DNA of 64,000 nucleotides from the NCBI GenBank assembly GCA_040879645.1, contig JBBDJY010000006.1, positions 94,240 to 158,239 on the forward strand, read 5' to 3'. Source of the stretch: Minisyncoccota bacterium (GTDB lineage: Bacteria > Patescibacteriota > Minisyncoccia > Phycocordibacterales > XYD1-FULL-46-19). The position numbers were made by a program, and so were the translations under genes. A model generated the notes under the pieces. It saw nothing but the letters and a program-made list of their open reading frames with translations. It had not been told where the DNA came from and searched no databases. Numbering within the stretch: position 1 is the stretch's first letter; each line of letters starts with the position of its first letter. This document shows, in pieces, positions 9,437-18,358 of this stretch.

Positions 9437-10435
9437 TTAATTGACGATATTTGTTTGGTGGCCGCTTATAAACTCTTGGATATTACGGAGGGTTATCTCG
9501 CGAATTTCGGCTTTGGCTTCCGCTGTATTAAAAGCGATATGGGGTGTGACGATGACTTGGGGTAAATCCAATAATTCGTGGTCGGCCAAGAGAGCTTTAT
9601 AATCTTCAATCGGCGTGGCGTCATTTAAAAGCAAAGACAATTCGTCATTGAGATGTTCTTCGCCTTCCAAAACATCCAAACCGGCACCCCGGATCCGGCC
9701 ATCTTTAAGGCCCTTAAGTAAGGCGGTGGTTTCAATCAGTCCACCACGGGCGGTATTAATGATAATACTGCCGGGTTTACATTGGGAAATGTTGCCTTGG
9801 TTTAAAATGTGGCGGGTGCCGTCATTTAGAGGTAAATGGAGAGAAATAATATCAGCTTGAGCTAGCAGTTCGTTAAGATCCAAATAAGTCACACCGGTTT
9901 CGTTAATCAATTCTTGATTGGGGTGCAAGTCGCTGGCGATAACCTTCATCGCAAAGCCTCGGGCGATCCGGATGACATTGGCGCCGATATGGCCGGTGCC
10001 GATGACACCGATGGTTTTGCCGTTTAAGTCAAAACCCTCGTAGATTTTCCGATCGGTTTGACCTTCACGCCGAAGGACCTCATAGGCCTCGTTAACCTGA
10101 CGGTTTAAAGCAAAAATCAAAGCAAAAGCAAATTCGGCCACCGTCCGGGCGCCGTAAGTCGGGACATTGCAAACGGCGATATTGCGTTTTCGGGCTTCAA
10201 TCGTATCAATATGGTCAAAGCCGGTGGAACGGGTGGTAATGAGGGAAACTTTAGGTAATTTATCCAAAGTTTCGGCGGTGATCTCCGAATCAATAAACAC
10301 TGAGATAATATCGGCGTCGGAGACCGGGGCTTCGGCCGGTCGGGCCTCGTCAAAAAAGACAACTTCGTGCTCGGCCCTTAATTGGCCGAATAATTCTTTA
10401 TCTTTTTCACTGGCGCTGTAAATGGCAATCTTCAT
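9437..10435 (-). CDS. NAD-dependent D-isomer-specific 2-hydroxyacid dehydrogenase (glycerate dehydrogenase / hydroxypyruvate reductase / D-lactate dehydrogenase type).
   Basis: GVIGTGHIGANVIRIARGFAMKVIASD matches the GxGxxG(17)D pattern. The catalytic R...E...H is seen in TARGGL, DVLEGEE and TPHIAF. Confidence 0.8.
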   Translation of the reverse strand: MKIAIYSASEKDKELFGQLRAEHEVVFFDEARPAEAPVSDADIISVFIDSEITAETLDKLPKVSLITTRSTGFDHIDTIEARKRNIAVCNVPTYGARTVAEFAFALIFALNRQVNEAYEVLRREGQTDRKIYEGFDLNGKTIGVIGTGHIGANVIRIARGFAMKVIASDLHPNQELINETGVTYLDLNELLAQADIISLHLPLNDGTRHILNQGNISQCKPGSIIINTARGGLIETTALLKGLKDGRIRGAGLDVLEGEEHLNDELSLLLNDATPIEDYKALLADHELLDLPQVIVTPHIAFNTAEAKAEIREITLRNIQEFISGHQTNIVN

Positions 10436-10540
10436 AGAAAATTTTGGTTAATTGCTTAAAAAGGCGCGATTAAATCTTGGTCAAGACTGGTTTGATTATA
10501 ACGCAAAAAGATTGAAAATGGTAATTTGCCGGCTGATTGG

Positions 10541-10600
10541 TTACAACCATTGAGGTTAAACCTCCAGATTATTGAGGTTAAACCTCAATATCAGTTAGGA
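10541..10600. repeat. Two tandem copies of the palindromic repeat TTGAGGTTAAACCTC in a divergent intergenic region.
   Basis: The sequence ttgaggttaaacctccagattattgaggttaaacctcaatatc is seen directly. Confidence 0.8.
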
Positions 10601-10628
10601 GAGGCCAATCGGCGGGGGATATGCTAGT

Positions 10629-11603
10629 ATGGGCTTAATGGCTTTTGTTGATGAATTAACGATTATCGCTCGGGCGGGCGACGGCGGCGACGGCGTGGTC
10701 CGTTTTCGGCATGAAAAAAATCGCGAATTTGGCGGTCCGTCCGGCGGCGATGGCGGCCGAGGTGGTAATGTTTATATCAAAGCGGTCCGCGATGTCCATT
10801 TATTGGCCCGTTATCGAGCTCAAAAGGAATTCGTCGCCGACCGGGGCGAGGCTGGTAAAAAAGACGGTTTGACCGGGGCCGGTGGAGCGGATTTGGATAT
10901 TTTATTACCGGTCGGTTCAGTGGTTACCAATCGAGCAACCAATGAGCAATTTCGTTTGAGTCAAGAAGGTGAACGCCATTTACTGTTGGCCGGTGGCGAC
11001 GGTGGCCGGGGTAATGAGTCATTTAAGAGTTCGACCAATCAGGCTCCCCGGGAACGAACCACCGGCGAGCCGGGTGCGAGCGGCGAATTCTTTATTGAAG
11101 TGGAATTAATTGCCGATATTGGTTTAATCGGTTTACCAAGTGCCGGCAAATCTTCCTTACTTAATGCTTTAACCAAGGCTGAAGTCAGAGTCGGTGATTA
11201 TCCTTTTACCACTTTAGAGCCGAATTTGGGCGAATGTTATGGTTTTATTATCGCCGATATTCCGGGCCTGATTGAGGGCGCGGCCGATGGTCGGGGCTTG
11301 GGTCATAAATTCTTGCGTCATGTTCGCCGGACCAAGTTACTGGTGCATCTGGTTTCGGCTGAGGGGAATGACTTGGTCGGTGATTATCAAACTATTCGCC
11401 GAGAATTGGCGCGATTTGATGAAAATTTGCTGACGAAAAAAGAAATTATTGTTTTGACCAAGACTGATTTATTACCGGATCAAAAAACGATAGCGGCGGC
11501 CGTCGATAAGCTAAAAAAACTCAATCCGCAAGTGGAAGCCATTTCTTTATTGGCTGATGACTCGATCAAAAAACTGCGGGAAAAACTACTGACGTTGGTT
11601 TAA
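10629..11603 (+). CDS. obg: GTPase Obg/CgtA.
   Basis: Gly-rich Obg fold N-terminus (GDGGDGVVRF, GGDGGRGG) and the G-domain motif GLPSAGKSSLL. Confidence 0.85.
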   Translation: MGLMAFVDELTIIARAGDGGDGVVRFRHEKNREFGGPSGGDGGRGGNVYIKAVRDVHLLARYRAQKEFVADRGEAGKKDGLTGAGGADLDILLPVGSVVTNRATNEQFRLSQEGERHLLLAGGDGGRGNESFKSSTNQAPRERTTGEPGASGEFFIEVELIADIGLIGLPSAGKSSLLNALTKAEVRVGDYPFTTLEPNLGECYGFIIADIPGLIEGAADGRGLGHKFLRHVRRTKLLVHLVSAEGNDLVGDYQTIRRELARFDENLLTKKEIIVLTKTDLLPDQKTIAAAVDKLKKLNPQVEAISLLADDSIKKLREKLLTLV

Positions 11604-11764
11604 GATTAAGTTTTGACCTCAATCTTCTTTGTTAATTATTTGTCGGGAATGCTATAATAAAAAAGTGAAAACTTTCTACTTGGGCCATAAAAAGAAAATC
11701 ATTTATTGACCGAAGCCTAGAAATTAAACTTTTCAGTTTCCAATCGGGATTATATAATAATCTT

Positions 11765-12277
11765 ATGAGTAATACCATCAAAGCTTATCATGCGGCCGTA
11801 TTTTTTTGGGTTTCTGTTTTCTGGGCACTTTTCTGGGTAATTCGTTGGGGGTTATGGCAACTATCTTGGGCCATTCCAATAGACTACCAACATGTGTTCG
11901 ATATGTTTTTTAGGCCCTGGCCTTTCATTATTATTATCAGTATTCTGCTGGTTTTGTTAAAAATAATCTGGGTAAAACAATGGTCACCGATTCAATACCG
12001 GACCAGAGGGCTTACAATTACCTTCTCGTTTTCTTTGATCGCTTCATTATTTTTTATGATTCATATGTTTATGAGCGATGAATGGGAGGCTTTTTACTTC
12101 CTTTCCTTTCTTTTCCTTCACGTCCCAATATTAATAATATCCGGAGTCTTGCTTTTTGCCACAATCAAGGGCTGTTCGCCCACAGTGGCTTTCATTAGGT
12201 TCGTCCAAGTGGTTATTATCTTTTTTGTTCTTTTAACCTTCTTGATTTTGCTTTTGTCTTTACTTTCATCGCTTTAA
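11765..12277 (+). CDS. Hydrophobic membrane protein of unknown function.
   Basis: 170 aa with multiple transmembrane helices. TATAAT lies 6 nt before the ATG, a leaderless-like arrangement. Confidence 0.5.
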   Translation: MSNTIKAYHAAVFFWVSVFWALFWVIRWGLWQLSWAIPIDYQHVFDMFFRPWPFIIIISILLVLLKIIWVKQWSPIQYRTRGLTITFSFSLIASLFFMIHMFMSDEWEAFYFLSFLFLHVPILIISGVLLFATIKGCSPTVAFIRFVQVVIIFFVLLTFLILLLSLLSSL

Positions 12278-12395
12278 ACGGGATAAAAAATAATCCGGTT
12301 ATCGGTAATTATAATAGAATACGCGTAGCGCTTTCCTCGCGGCTCTGCCGCGATGACCACTAAGAAAAGTATGAAAACCGTTGGTTTTCATTATA

Positions 12396-12512
12396 AATCT
12401 CAATACCGAGGTTAAACCTCGGTATTGAAGAATAATCCTTGTTTTTTGAATATGGAGATATGGAGGTTTAACCTCGGTCTGGTATGGAGGTTTAACCTCG
12501 GTCTGGTAATTT
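12396..12512. repeat. Three copies of the CCGAGGTTAAACCTCGG palindromic family (one 27-bp palindrome plus a tandem pair), with additional hairpins nearby.
   Basis: ctcaataccgaggttaaacctcggtattgaag and atggaggtttaacctcggtctggt x2. Confidence 0.8.
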
Positions 12513-12551
12513 TTGCTTTTGAAATTTGACCGGTGGCGGTATAATAAATAA

Positions 12552-12908
12552 ATGGCAGTCAATAAAAAAATGATAATTTTAGGATTGGTTATTATTGGCA
12601 TCATCGGCTGGCTGGTGTTTAATCAGTCGCCAAATTTACCGCCGGCGGAAAGGGAGGCTTTGGTGGCTGATTACTTAAAAGTCAATCTTCGTCAATGGTC
12701 GGCGGTCTCGCCGGTTTGTCGCCAACCTTTTGCCATTTATAATTTGGAATTTACCGATAAAAATGACGGCACGGTTTTTTATGAGGACGGCTACAATGTT
12801 TATTCGGCCGACTTTACTTATCGTCTCGACCGAAACAATCAAGTTGTCATCACTCATTTTGCCGAACCTTTCCCGATTCATTTATCCGGTGAAGTTTGTC
12901 CCGATTAA
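12552..12908 (+). CDS. Small secreted or membrane-anchored hypothetical protein.
   Basis: 118 aa with an N-terminal transmembrane/signal segment. Confidence 0.5.
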   Translation: MAVNKKMIILGLVIIGIIGWLVFNQSPNLPPAEREALVADYLKVNLRQWSAVSPVCRQPFAIYNLEFTDKNDGTVFYEDGYNVYSADFTYRLDRNNQVVITHFAEPFPIHLSGEVCPD

Positions 12909-13022
12909 GTTTGGGCTGATTTTTGTTGTTAAAAGTTCACGGTGTGTATAACTTTAAAGCTTTACTTGGTTTCGAGGGTTATAATGTAGTTATTATTAGT
13001 TGGGGATTATAATAAAAAATAT

Positions 13023-13412
13023 ATGGATTCATCAATATTTCTTTCCCAAATGATCGGCATTTACCTGGTCTTGATCGGCTTGGTCTTTTTGTTCAAGCGC
13101 AAGACTTTAATGCCGGCGATGAAAGAAGTAATCCAAAGCAAGTCACTTCTTTATATCGTGGCCATGCTTGAGTTGGCTGCCGGTATTGCGATTGTCTTAA
13201 ATCACAATATCTGGGCCTGGAGCTCAGAGCTTTTGATTACTCTCTTTGGCTGGCTTTTGATTGTGGAAAGTGCCGCCTATCTCCTCTTGCCTTACAAGCG
13301 GATGGAAAAATTGGCCCTGAAGTTTAATACGCCGGCCTGGTATGGCAGTTGTGGTGCCGGAGCGGTTATTATCGGCGCTTATTTGATTGGCGTCGGTTTC
13401 GGTTTGATTTAA
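13023..13412 (+). CDS. Small membrane protein of unknown function.
   Basis: 129 aa with four hydrophobic helices. Confidence 0.5.
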   Translation: MDSSIFLSQMIGIYLVLIGLVFLFKRKTLMPAMKEVIQSKSLLYIVAMLELAAGIAIVLNHNIWAWSSELLITLFGWLLIVESAAYLLLPYKRMEKLALKFNTPAWYGSCGAGAVIIGAYLIGVGFGLI

Positions 13413-13426
13413 TCTGATTGACTGAA

Positions 13427-13459
13427 TAAAAAAACACCGGCTAAACCGGTGTTTTTTTG
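13427..13459. terminator. Bidirectional rho-independent terminator.
   Basis: aaaaaacaccggctaaaccggtgttttttt, with an A-run before and a T-run after. Confidence 0.8.
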
Positions 13460-13471
13460 GCGATAAGGGAA

Positions 13472-14773
13472 TTATTTCTTGGTGACGATTTTAATCATCT
13501 GTTCCAGTCGGCGAATATCCGCCAAGAGGCGAGAACGATCTTTATTGAATAAGGTGATGTTAAAAATACTTTTACCGCCATGTTTGGCAAAAATTGCTTT
13601 GTCACCGACTTTTTGATTGACGGTAATGGTGTTAAAAGATTTAAGGGTTTGGACTTTTTTAATGCCGGTTAAAGACATAATCCGGCCTTCATCTTTGGCA
13701 AAAATTTTCAGGACGGCAGTATGGCCTTTAACTCGCCGGAAAGGCTTCGGTCGGCGGGGAATACGGATAAAGATATCGTTGGCCGTATGATTGATACCAA
13801 AAGACAATTCATACATTTTTTGCCGGAAACCACCGATGCGTGGCCCGACTTCAATCACTTTCCAACCTTTTTCTGTTTTTAAAAGTTCAATGTGGGCGGT
13901 GATACTACGCAGACCGAGAGCGTGGACGGCCTTTAGACTTACTTCTTCGGCCGCTTTGATACTTTCTTTATTCAAGGTGGTTGGCGTCATTGTTTGATAG
14001 GCAAAAAAGTCATCAAAGCCGACGCTTTTACCGGTTTTAACCGATACCAAGGGGCAAAAATAGACTTTACCGCGAGAATTGACATAACCGTCAACCGAAT
14101 ACATATCGCCGTCAATAAATTGTTCAACCAAGATTTGAGGTTCGCCCCGGCCTTTGGCTTCTTTGTGAATCCGATTAATGCGACGCAGAATTCGTTTGAG
14201 TGATTTTTCCAATTCTTCCTGATGGAAACAAATACTGACCAAGAGTGACGAGGCTAAGCCGGACGGTTTAATTACCAGCGGAAAACCAATCTTTTTATCG
14301 ATTTCTTTCAAGGTAATCTTTTTAGCGTCGGAAACAACCATAAACTTGGGGGTGATTTTTCGGTCATAGACGCGAAAGCGCCGGCGCATGGCCAATTTAT
14401 TGGTTGACCAAGTTAAGGAGTCGCCGGTCGGGGTGCGCAGGTAGGGGATATGAGGAATTATTTTTTGGAAAAAAGGAATCATTGCTTCCGACCGACAAGT
14501 GACGGCCAGTAAGCGGTCGCGGTAAGGAGAGAGGATGTCGGTGATCGATTTTTCCGAATTGGCATCAACCATTAAAATGTCTTCAAAAACCTCCAAACCT
14601 TCTTTATCCCGAATTTGCTCATAGCCCTTACTGTCGGTCAGTAAGAGATATTTGTATTTAACCCCAACCTCTTTATTCATGGTGGCCAGACTGCGGGCCA
14701 CCGCCGGAATGACCGACCCTACCAATAAGATGGTGTCTTTTTTAACCTGATTATTCAAAGGCTTTTTTGTCAT
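13472..14773 (-). CDS. ATP-grasp domain protein (ligase of the D-Ala-D-Ala ligase / carbamoyl-phosphate synthetase fold).
   Basis: 433 aa. HIELLKTEKGWKVIEVGPRIGG and the surrounding pattern are typical of the ATP-grasp C-terminal half. Confidence 0.55.
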   Translation of the reverse strand: MTKKPLNNQVKKDTILLVGSVIPAVARSLATMNKEVGVKYKYLLLTDSKGYEQIRDKEGLEVFEDILMVDANSEKSITDILSPYRDRLLAVTCRSEAMIPFFQKIIPHIPYLRTPTGDSLTWSTNKLAMRRRFRVYDRKITPKFMVVSDAKKITLKEIDKKIGFPLVIKPSGLASSLLVSICFHQEELEKSLKRILRRINRIHKEAKGRGEPQILVEQFIDGDMYSVDGYVNSRGKVYFCPLVSVKTGKSVGFDDFFAYQTMTPTTLNKESIKAAEEVSLKAVHALGLRSITAHIELLKTEKGWKVIEVGPRIGGFRQKMYELSFGINHTANDIFIRIPRRPKPFRRVKGHTAVLKIFAKDEGRIMSLTGIKKVQTLKSFNTITVNQKVGDKAIFAKHGGKSIFNITLFNKDRSRLLADIRRLEQMIKIVTKK

Positions 14774-14947
14774 ATGACTTATTTAGCTTAAAATCAACCG
14801 AACGGACAAATAGTAGCAACCACCAAAAATTTTTCAAGCCGGATATCTCCAGTTGTGTATAACCGCTCTTGACAAAAATGTTTTCTAGTTTTTTGAGCCG
14901 CCGGCGCCAACGACTAGCAGGCGGTTGGAGACTTTTTATGTTAAAAT

Positions 14948-15682
14948 TTGATAATGAATAATACCAAAATTCTTTTGTTTGTTTTATTGATTATTCTTGC
15001 CGCTTCAGCCGGTTTGGCCTATTGGCAGTTATTGGACTCTTTTGGCCGGCAAAATCTGCCGGCCAATCAGTCGCCGGCTCTGGTCTCGATAACGATTGAT
15101 CGGCCAAATTTAATCATCGAAGGCGATTTTTTGGACCGAGTTGAATTATTGGCATTTTTAGCCGGGACGGAATCAGCCGGTGAGCCGGTCGTTTTGGGGG
15201 AAGCTCAATTAACGGGCGAGAATCGCTGGATTTTTCCGATACCGGATCGACCACTGGCGGCTCGACGAATTACCGCTCAAGGATATGCCGATGGGAGGTT
15301 GGTCGGCGAAATTTCTTTGGGGGTAAGCGGTCCCAATGAAATTTACCGGGCCTTATGGTCGGAGGGTGATTCCATTTTACTTACTTTAAATCCCGGCCAA
15401 ACCGGTTCATTTGAAAATCTGCAAATTAAATTTCGCGAAGTCTTGACCGATAACCGTTGTCCGGCTGATAGTCAATGTGTGCCTCCGGGCGAGTTTTCGC
15501 TTCTGGTAACCTTGTTGTCAGAGCGGGAAGAAGAGGAAGTTGTTTTATTTCATGACTCCGACCCTTATGCTTTCACTGATTATCTCGTTTCTCTGATTGA
15601 TATTAAACCGGCCTTTGAAAGCGATCGTGAAATTAGTAATTATCAAATCACTTTTGCCGTCAGTAAAATTAATCAACCATAG
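14948..15682 (+). CDS. Secreted hypothetical protein.
   Basis: 244 aa with the signal/anchor MIMNNTKILLFVLLIILAASAG. Confidence 0.5.
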   Translation: MIMNNTKILLFVLLIILAASAGLAYWQLLDSFGRQNLPANQSPALVSITIDRPNLIIEGDFLDRVELLAFLAGTESAGEPVVLGEAQLTGENRWIFPIPDRPLAARRITAQGYADGRLVGEISLGVSGPNEIYRALWSEGDSILLTLNPGQTGSFENLQIKFREVLTDNRCPADSQCVPPGEFSLLVTLLSEREEEEVVLFHDSDPYAFTDYLVSLIDIKPAFESDREISNYQITFAVSKINQP

Positions 15683-15912
15683 TTTTCCACACATTGGTTG
15701 AAAAAATAAGGAAAAAACGCGCATAAAAGGTATAATTAAAATACCCGGCGTTAAATCCGGATAACCGGGAAATTACTGTTATGACATTCTTGTTTCCGGT
15801 CACAATTCCTTTCTTTTTTTCTGTGCCGGCAAGTAGTTTTTAGTCGCCGTTTTGGTAATGGTTTTCGGTTTTAGTCGGATATTATGCCTAATTCCCGAAT
15901 ATTCAAATTTAA

Positions 15913-17130
15913 ATGAAACCGCGCATTCTTATGTTTGGCTGGGAGTTCCCTCCGCAAAATAGTGGCGGTCTGGGGACGGCTTGTTTTGGTATCTGTAAAG
16001 CGATGGCCAGACAACAAGTGGAGATGATTTTTGTCTTACCGCGCCGGCAACCGGTGGCCGGTAATAATCTGCCGTTGGTTTTTGCCGGTTTGGAGGAGAT
16101 TCGTTTTGAGACGGTCGATACTTTGCTTTACCCTTATGTCACCGATCAGTCTTATGCTGAACATTACCAAGATATTGAACCGGGACCTTACGGCCCAACC
16201 TTATTTGATGAAGTTATAGCCTATGGTAAACGTGCCCGATCGATTGCCCGGAAGCATTCTTTTGATATTATCCACGCTCATGATTGGCTCTCTTTTCCGG
16301 CTGGCCTAGCGGCCAAACGAATTAGCGGTAAACCGCTTATTATCCATGTTCATGCCACTGAATTTGACCGGAGTGGCGGAGCGGGTGTTAATGAAAAAGT
16401 TTATGCCATTGAACGCGAGGGAATGGAACAAGCTGATGGGATTATCGCCATCAGCCATTGGACTAAAAATATTATTATCAAGCATTACGGTATTCCCGAG
16501 GAAAAAATCAGGGTGGTTCATAACGGTATTGATTCTGATGATATTGTTTTAATCCCCGAGTCACTACATCAGCTTAAACGAGTCGGCAAAAAGATGATTC
16601 TTTTTCTTGGTCGAATTACTTTACAAAAAGGCCCGGATTACTTTTTGGCCGCCGCCGCTCGTGTTCTCGAGTTGCGCGACGATGTCTTTTTTGTTGTCGC
16701 CGGTTCCGGCGATATGGAAAGAGCGATGATCCGCCGGGCGGCGGAATTAGGGATTGCCGATCGGGTGCTTTTTGCCGGTTTCCTGCGGGGGGCCGAAGCT
16801 CAAGCGATGTATCAAGCAGCCGATTTATTTGTGATGCCGTCAGTCTCCGAGCCATTTGGTTTGACTCCGCTTGAATCATTGGTCGTCGGTACGCCGGTGT
16901 TAGTCTCCAAACAATCCGGGGTCTCGGAAGTCCTTCATCATGCGATTAAGGCTGATTTTTGGGATATTGATGAAATGACCAATAAGATGGTGGCCTTGTT
17001 GCGCGAACCGGCCTTAAGTAAAACCCTGACGGAAAATGGCCACCGGGAAGCTTTGAGTTTGACTTGGGATCGATCGGTGGCCGGTTATGTTGATTATTAC
17101 AAAACAATATTAAATAAATTAAGAAAATAA
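15913..17130 (+). CDS. GT-B glycosyltransferase, glycogen/starch-synthase-like (GT4/GT5 type).
   Basis: The N-terminus SGGLGTA resembles the KxGGL motif. The C-terminal EPFGLTPLESLVVGTPVLVS is seen, and the gene is followed by GH57 and GH15 genes. Confidence 0.7.
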   Translation: MKPRILMFGWEFPPQNSGGLGTACFGICKAMARQQVEMIFVLPRRQPVAGNNLPLVFAGLEEIRFETVDTLLYPYVTDQSYAEHYQDIEPGPYGPTLFDEVIAYGKRARSIARKHSFDIIHAHDWLSFPAGLAAKRISGKPLIIHVHATEFDRSGGAGVNEKVYAIEREGMEQADGIIAISHWTKNIIIKHYGIPEEKIRVVHNGIDSDDIVLIPESLHQLKRVGKKMILFLGRITLQKGPDYFLAAAARVLELRDDVFFVVAGSGDMERAMIRRAAELGIADRVLFAGFLRGAEAQAMYQAADLFVMPSVSEPFGLTPLESLVVGTPVLVSKQSGVSEVLHHAIKADFWDIDEMTNKMVALLREPALSKTLTENGHREALSLTWDRSVAGYVDYYKTILNKLRK

Positions 17131-17131
17131 T

Positions 17132-18358
17132 ATGGCTTCCGTTTGTTTTTATTTTCAAGTTCACCAGCCTTACCGATTAAAAAAATATCGTATTTTTGAT
17201 ATTGGTCGGGATAATGTTTATTTCAATGATGCTTCCGGTACCAATTTGGATAATAAATGGATTTTTCAAAAAGTGGCGACTAAATGTTATTTGCCAACCA
17301 ATGAAGTTTTACTTGATCTCTTAAACCGTCATCCGGAATTTAAAATCAGTTTTTCTTTATCGGGAGTTTTTTTGGAGCAAGCCGCCGAATATATGCCCCA
17401 AGTGCTTGATTCTTTCAAGCGCTTGATCGATACCGGTCGGGTGGAAATTCTGGGCGAAACTTATTATCATTCGTTGGCTTTTTTACATTCTCGGACGGAG
17501 TGGTTGCGTCAGATTATGCTTCATACTCGGCAGGTAAAAAAATTATTTGGCGTCGAACCGACGACTTTTCGCAATACTGAATTGATTTATAACAATGATA
17601 TCGCTCACATTATCGAGGGCTTGGGTTATCAAGCAATTTTACTGGAGGGAGCCGACCACATTCTTGATTGGCGCAGTCCCAATTTTCTCTATCGGCCGCG
17701 ACGGGGCAGTAAGTTAAAAATGTTGCTGAAAAATTACAAATTGTCGGACGATGTGGCTTTTCGCTTTTCGTCGCGCGATTGGAATGAATGGCCGTTGTCG
17801 GCCGAAAAATTCGCTCACTGGGTTAGTCAGGTCAACGGCAATGGCGAGGTAGTTAACCTGTTTATGGACTATGAGACTTTTGGCGAGCATCAATGGGCCG
17901 ATACCGGCATTTTTGATTTTCTTCGCCACTTGCCGGCCGAATTACTTAAGCATCCGGACAATGATTTTTTGACACCGACGGAAGCGGCCGGCCGTTTTCC
18001 GGCCCGGGGAGTTTTAGATGTTCCGGATTATGTGTCTTGGGCCGATGTTGAACGCGATTTATCAGCTTGGCGGTCCAATGATATGCAATATGACGCGCTT
18101 AATAAAATTTATGCTTTAGAGAAAGACATCATTTCTCTGGGCGATAAAAAATTAATTGATGATTGGCGTCGACTGCAAACTTCCGATCACTTTTATTATA
18201 TGTGCACCAAGTGGTTTAATGACGGCGATGTTCATAAATATTTTAATCCTTACGAATCGCCTTACGATGCCTTTATCACTTTCATGAATGTCTTAAATGA
18301 TTTACAATTAAGATTGAAGCAATTAAAAAATAATTCAGTCGTCACGAATGAACAGTAA
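17132..18358 (+). CDS. Glycoside hydrolase family 57 protein (alpha-amylase / branching enzyme / 4-alpha-glucanotransferase type).
   Basis: The N-terminal motif FQVHQPYRL is seen, in a 408-aa ORF. Confidence 0.7.
   Translation: MASVCFYFQVHQPYRLKKYRIFDIGRDNVYFNDASGTNLDNKWIFQKVATKCYLPTNEVLLDLLNRHPEFKISFSLSGVFLEQAAEYMPQVLDSFKRLIDTGRVEILGETYYHSLAFLHSRTEWLRQIMLHTRQVKKLFGVEPTTFRNTELIYNNDIAHIIEGLGYQAILLEGADHILDWRSPNFLYRPRRGSKLKMLLKNYKLSDDVAFRFSSRDWNEWPLSAEKFAHWVSQVNGNGEVVNLFMDYETFGEHQWADTGIFDFLRHLPAELLKHPDNDFLTPTEAAGRFPARGVLDVPDYVSWADVERDLSAWRSNDMQYDALNKIYALEKDIISLGDKKLIDDWRRLQTSDHFYYMCTKWFNDGDVHKYFNPYESPYDAFITFMNVLNDLQLRLKQLKNNSVVTNEQ

Noticed and set aside
12299-12604. ORF 12299-12604(-), 101 aa.
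   Set aside because: It runs through the palindromic repeat cluster. The repeated peptide YQTEVKPPYQTEVKPP simply mirrors the tandem DNA repeat.
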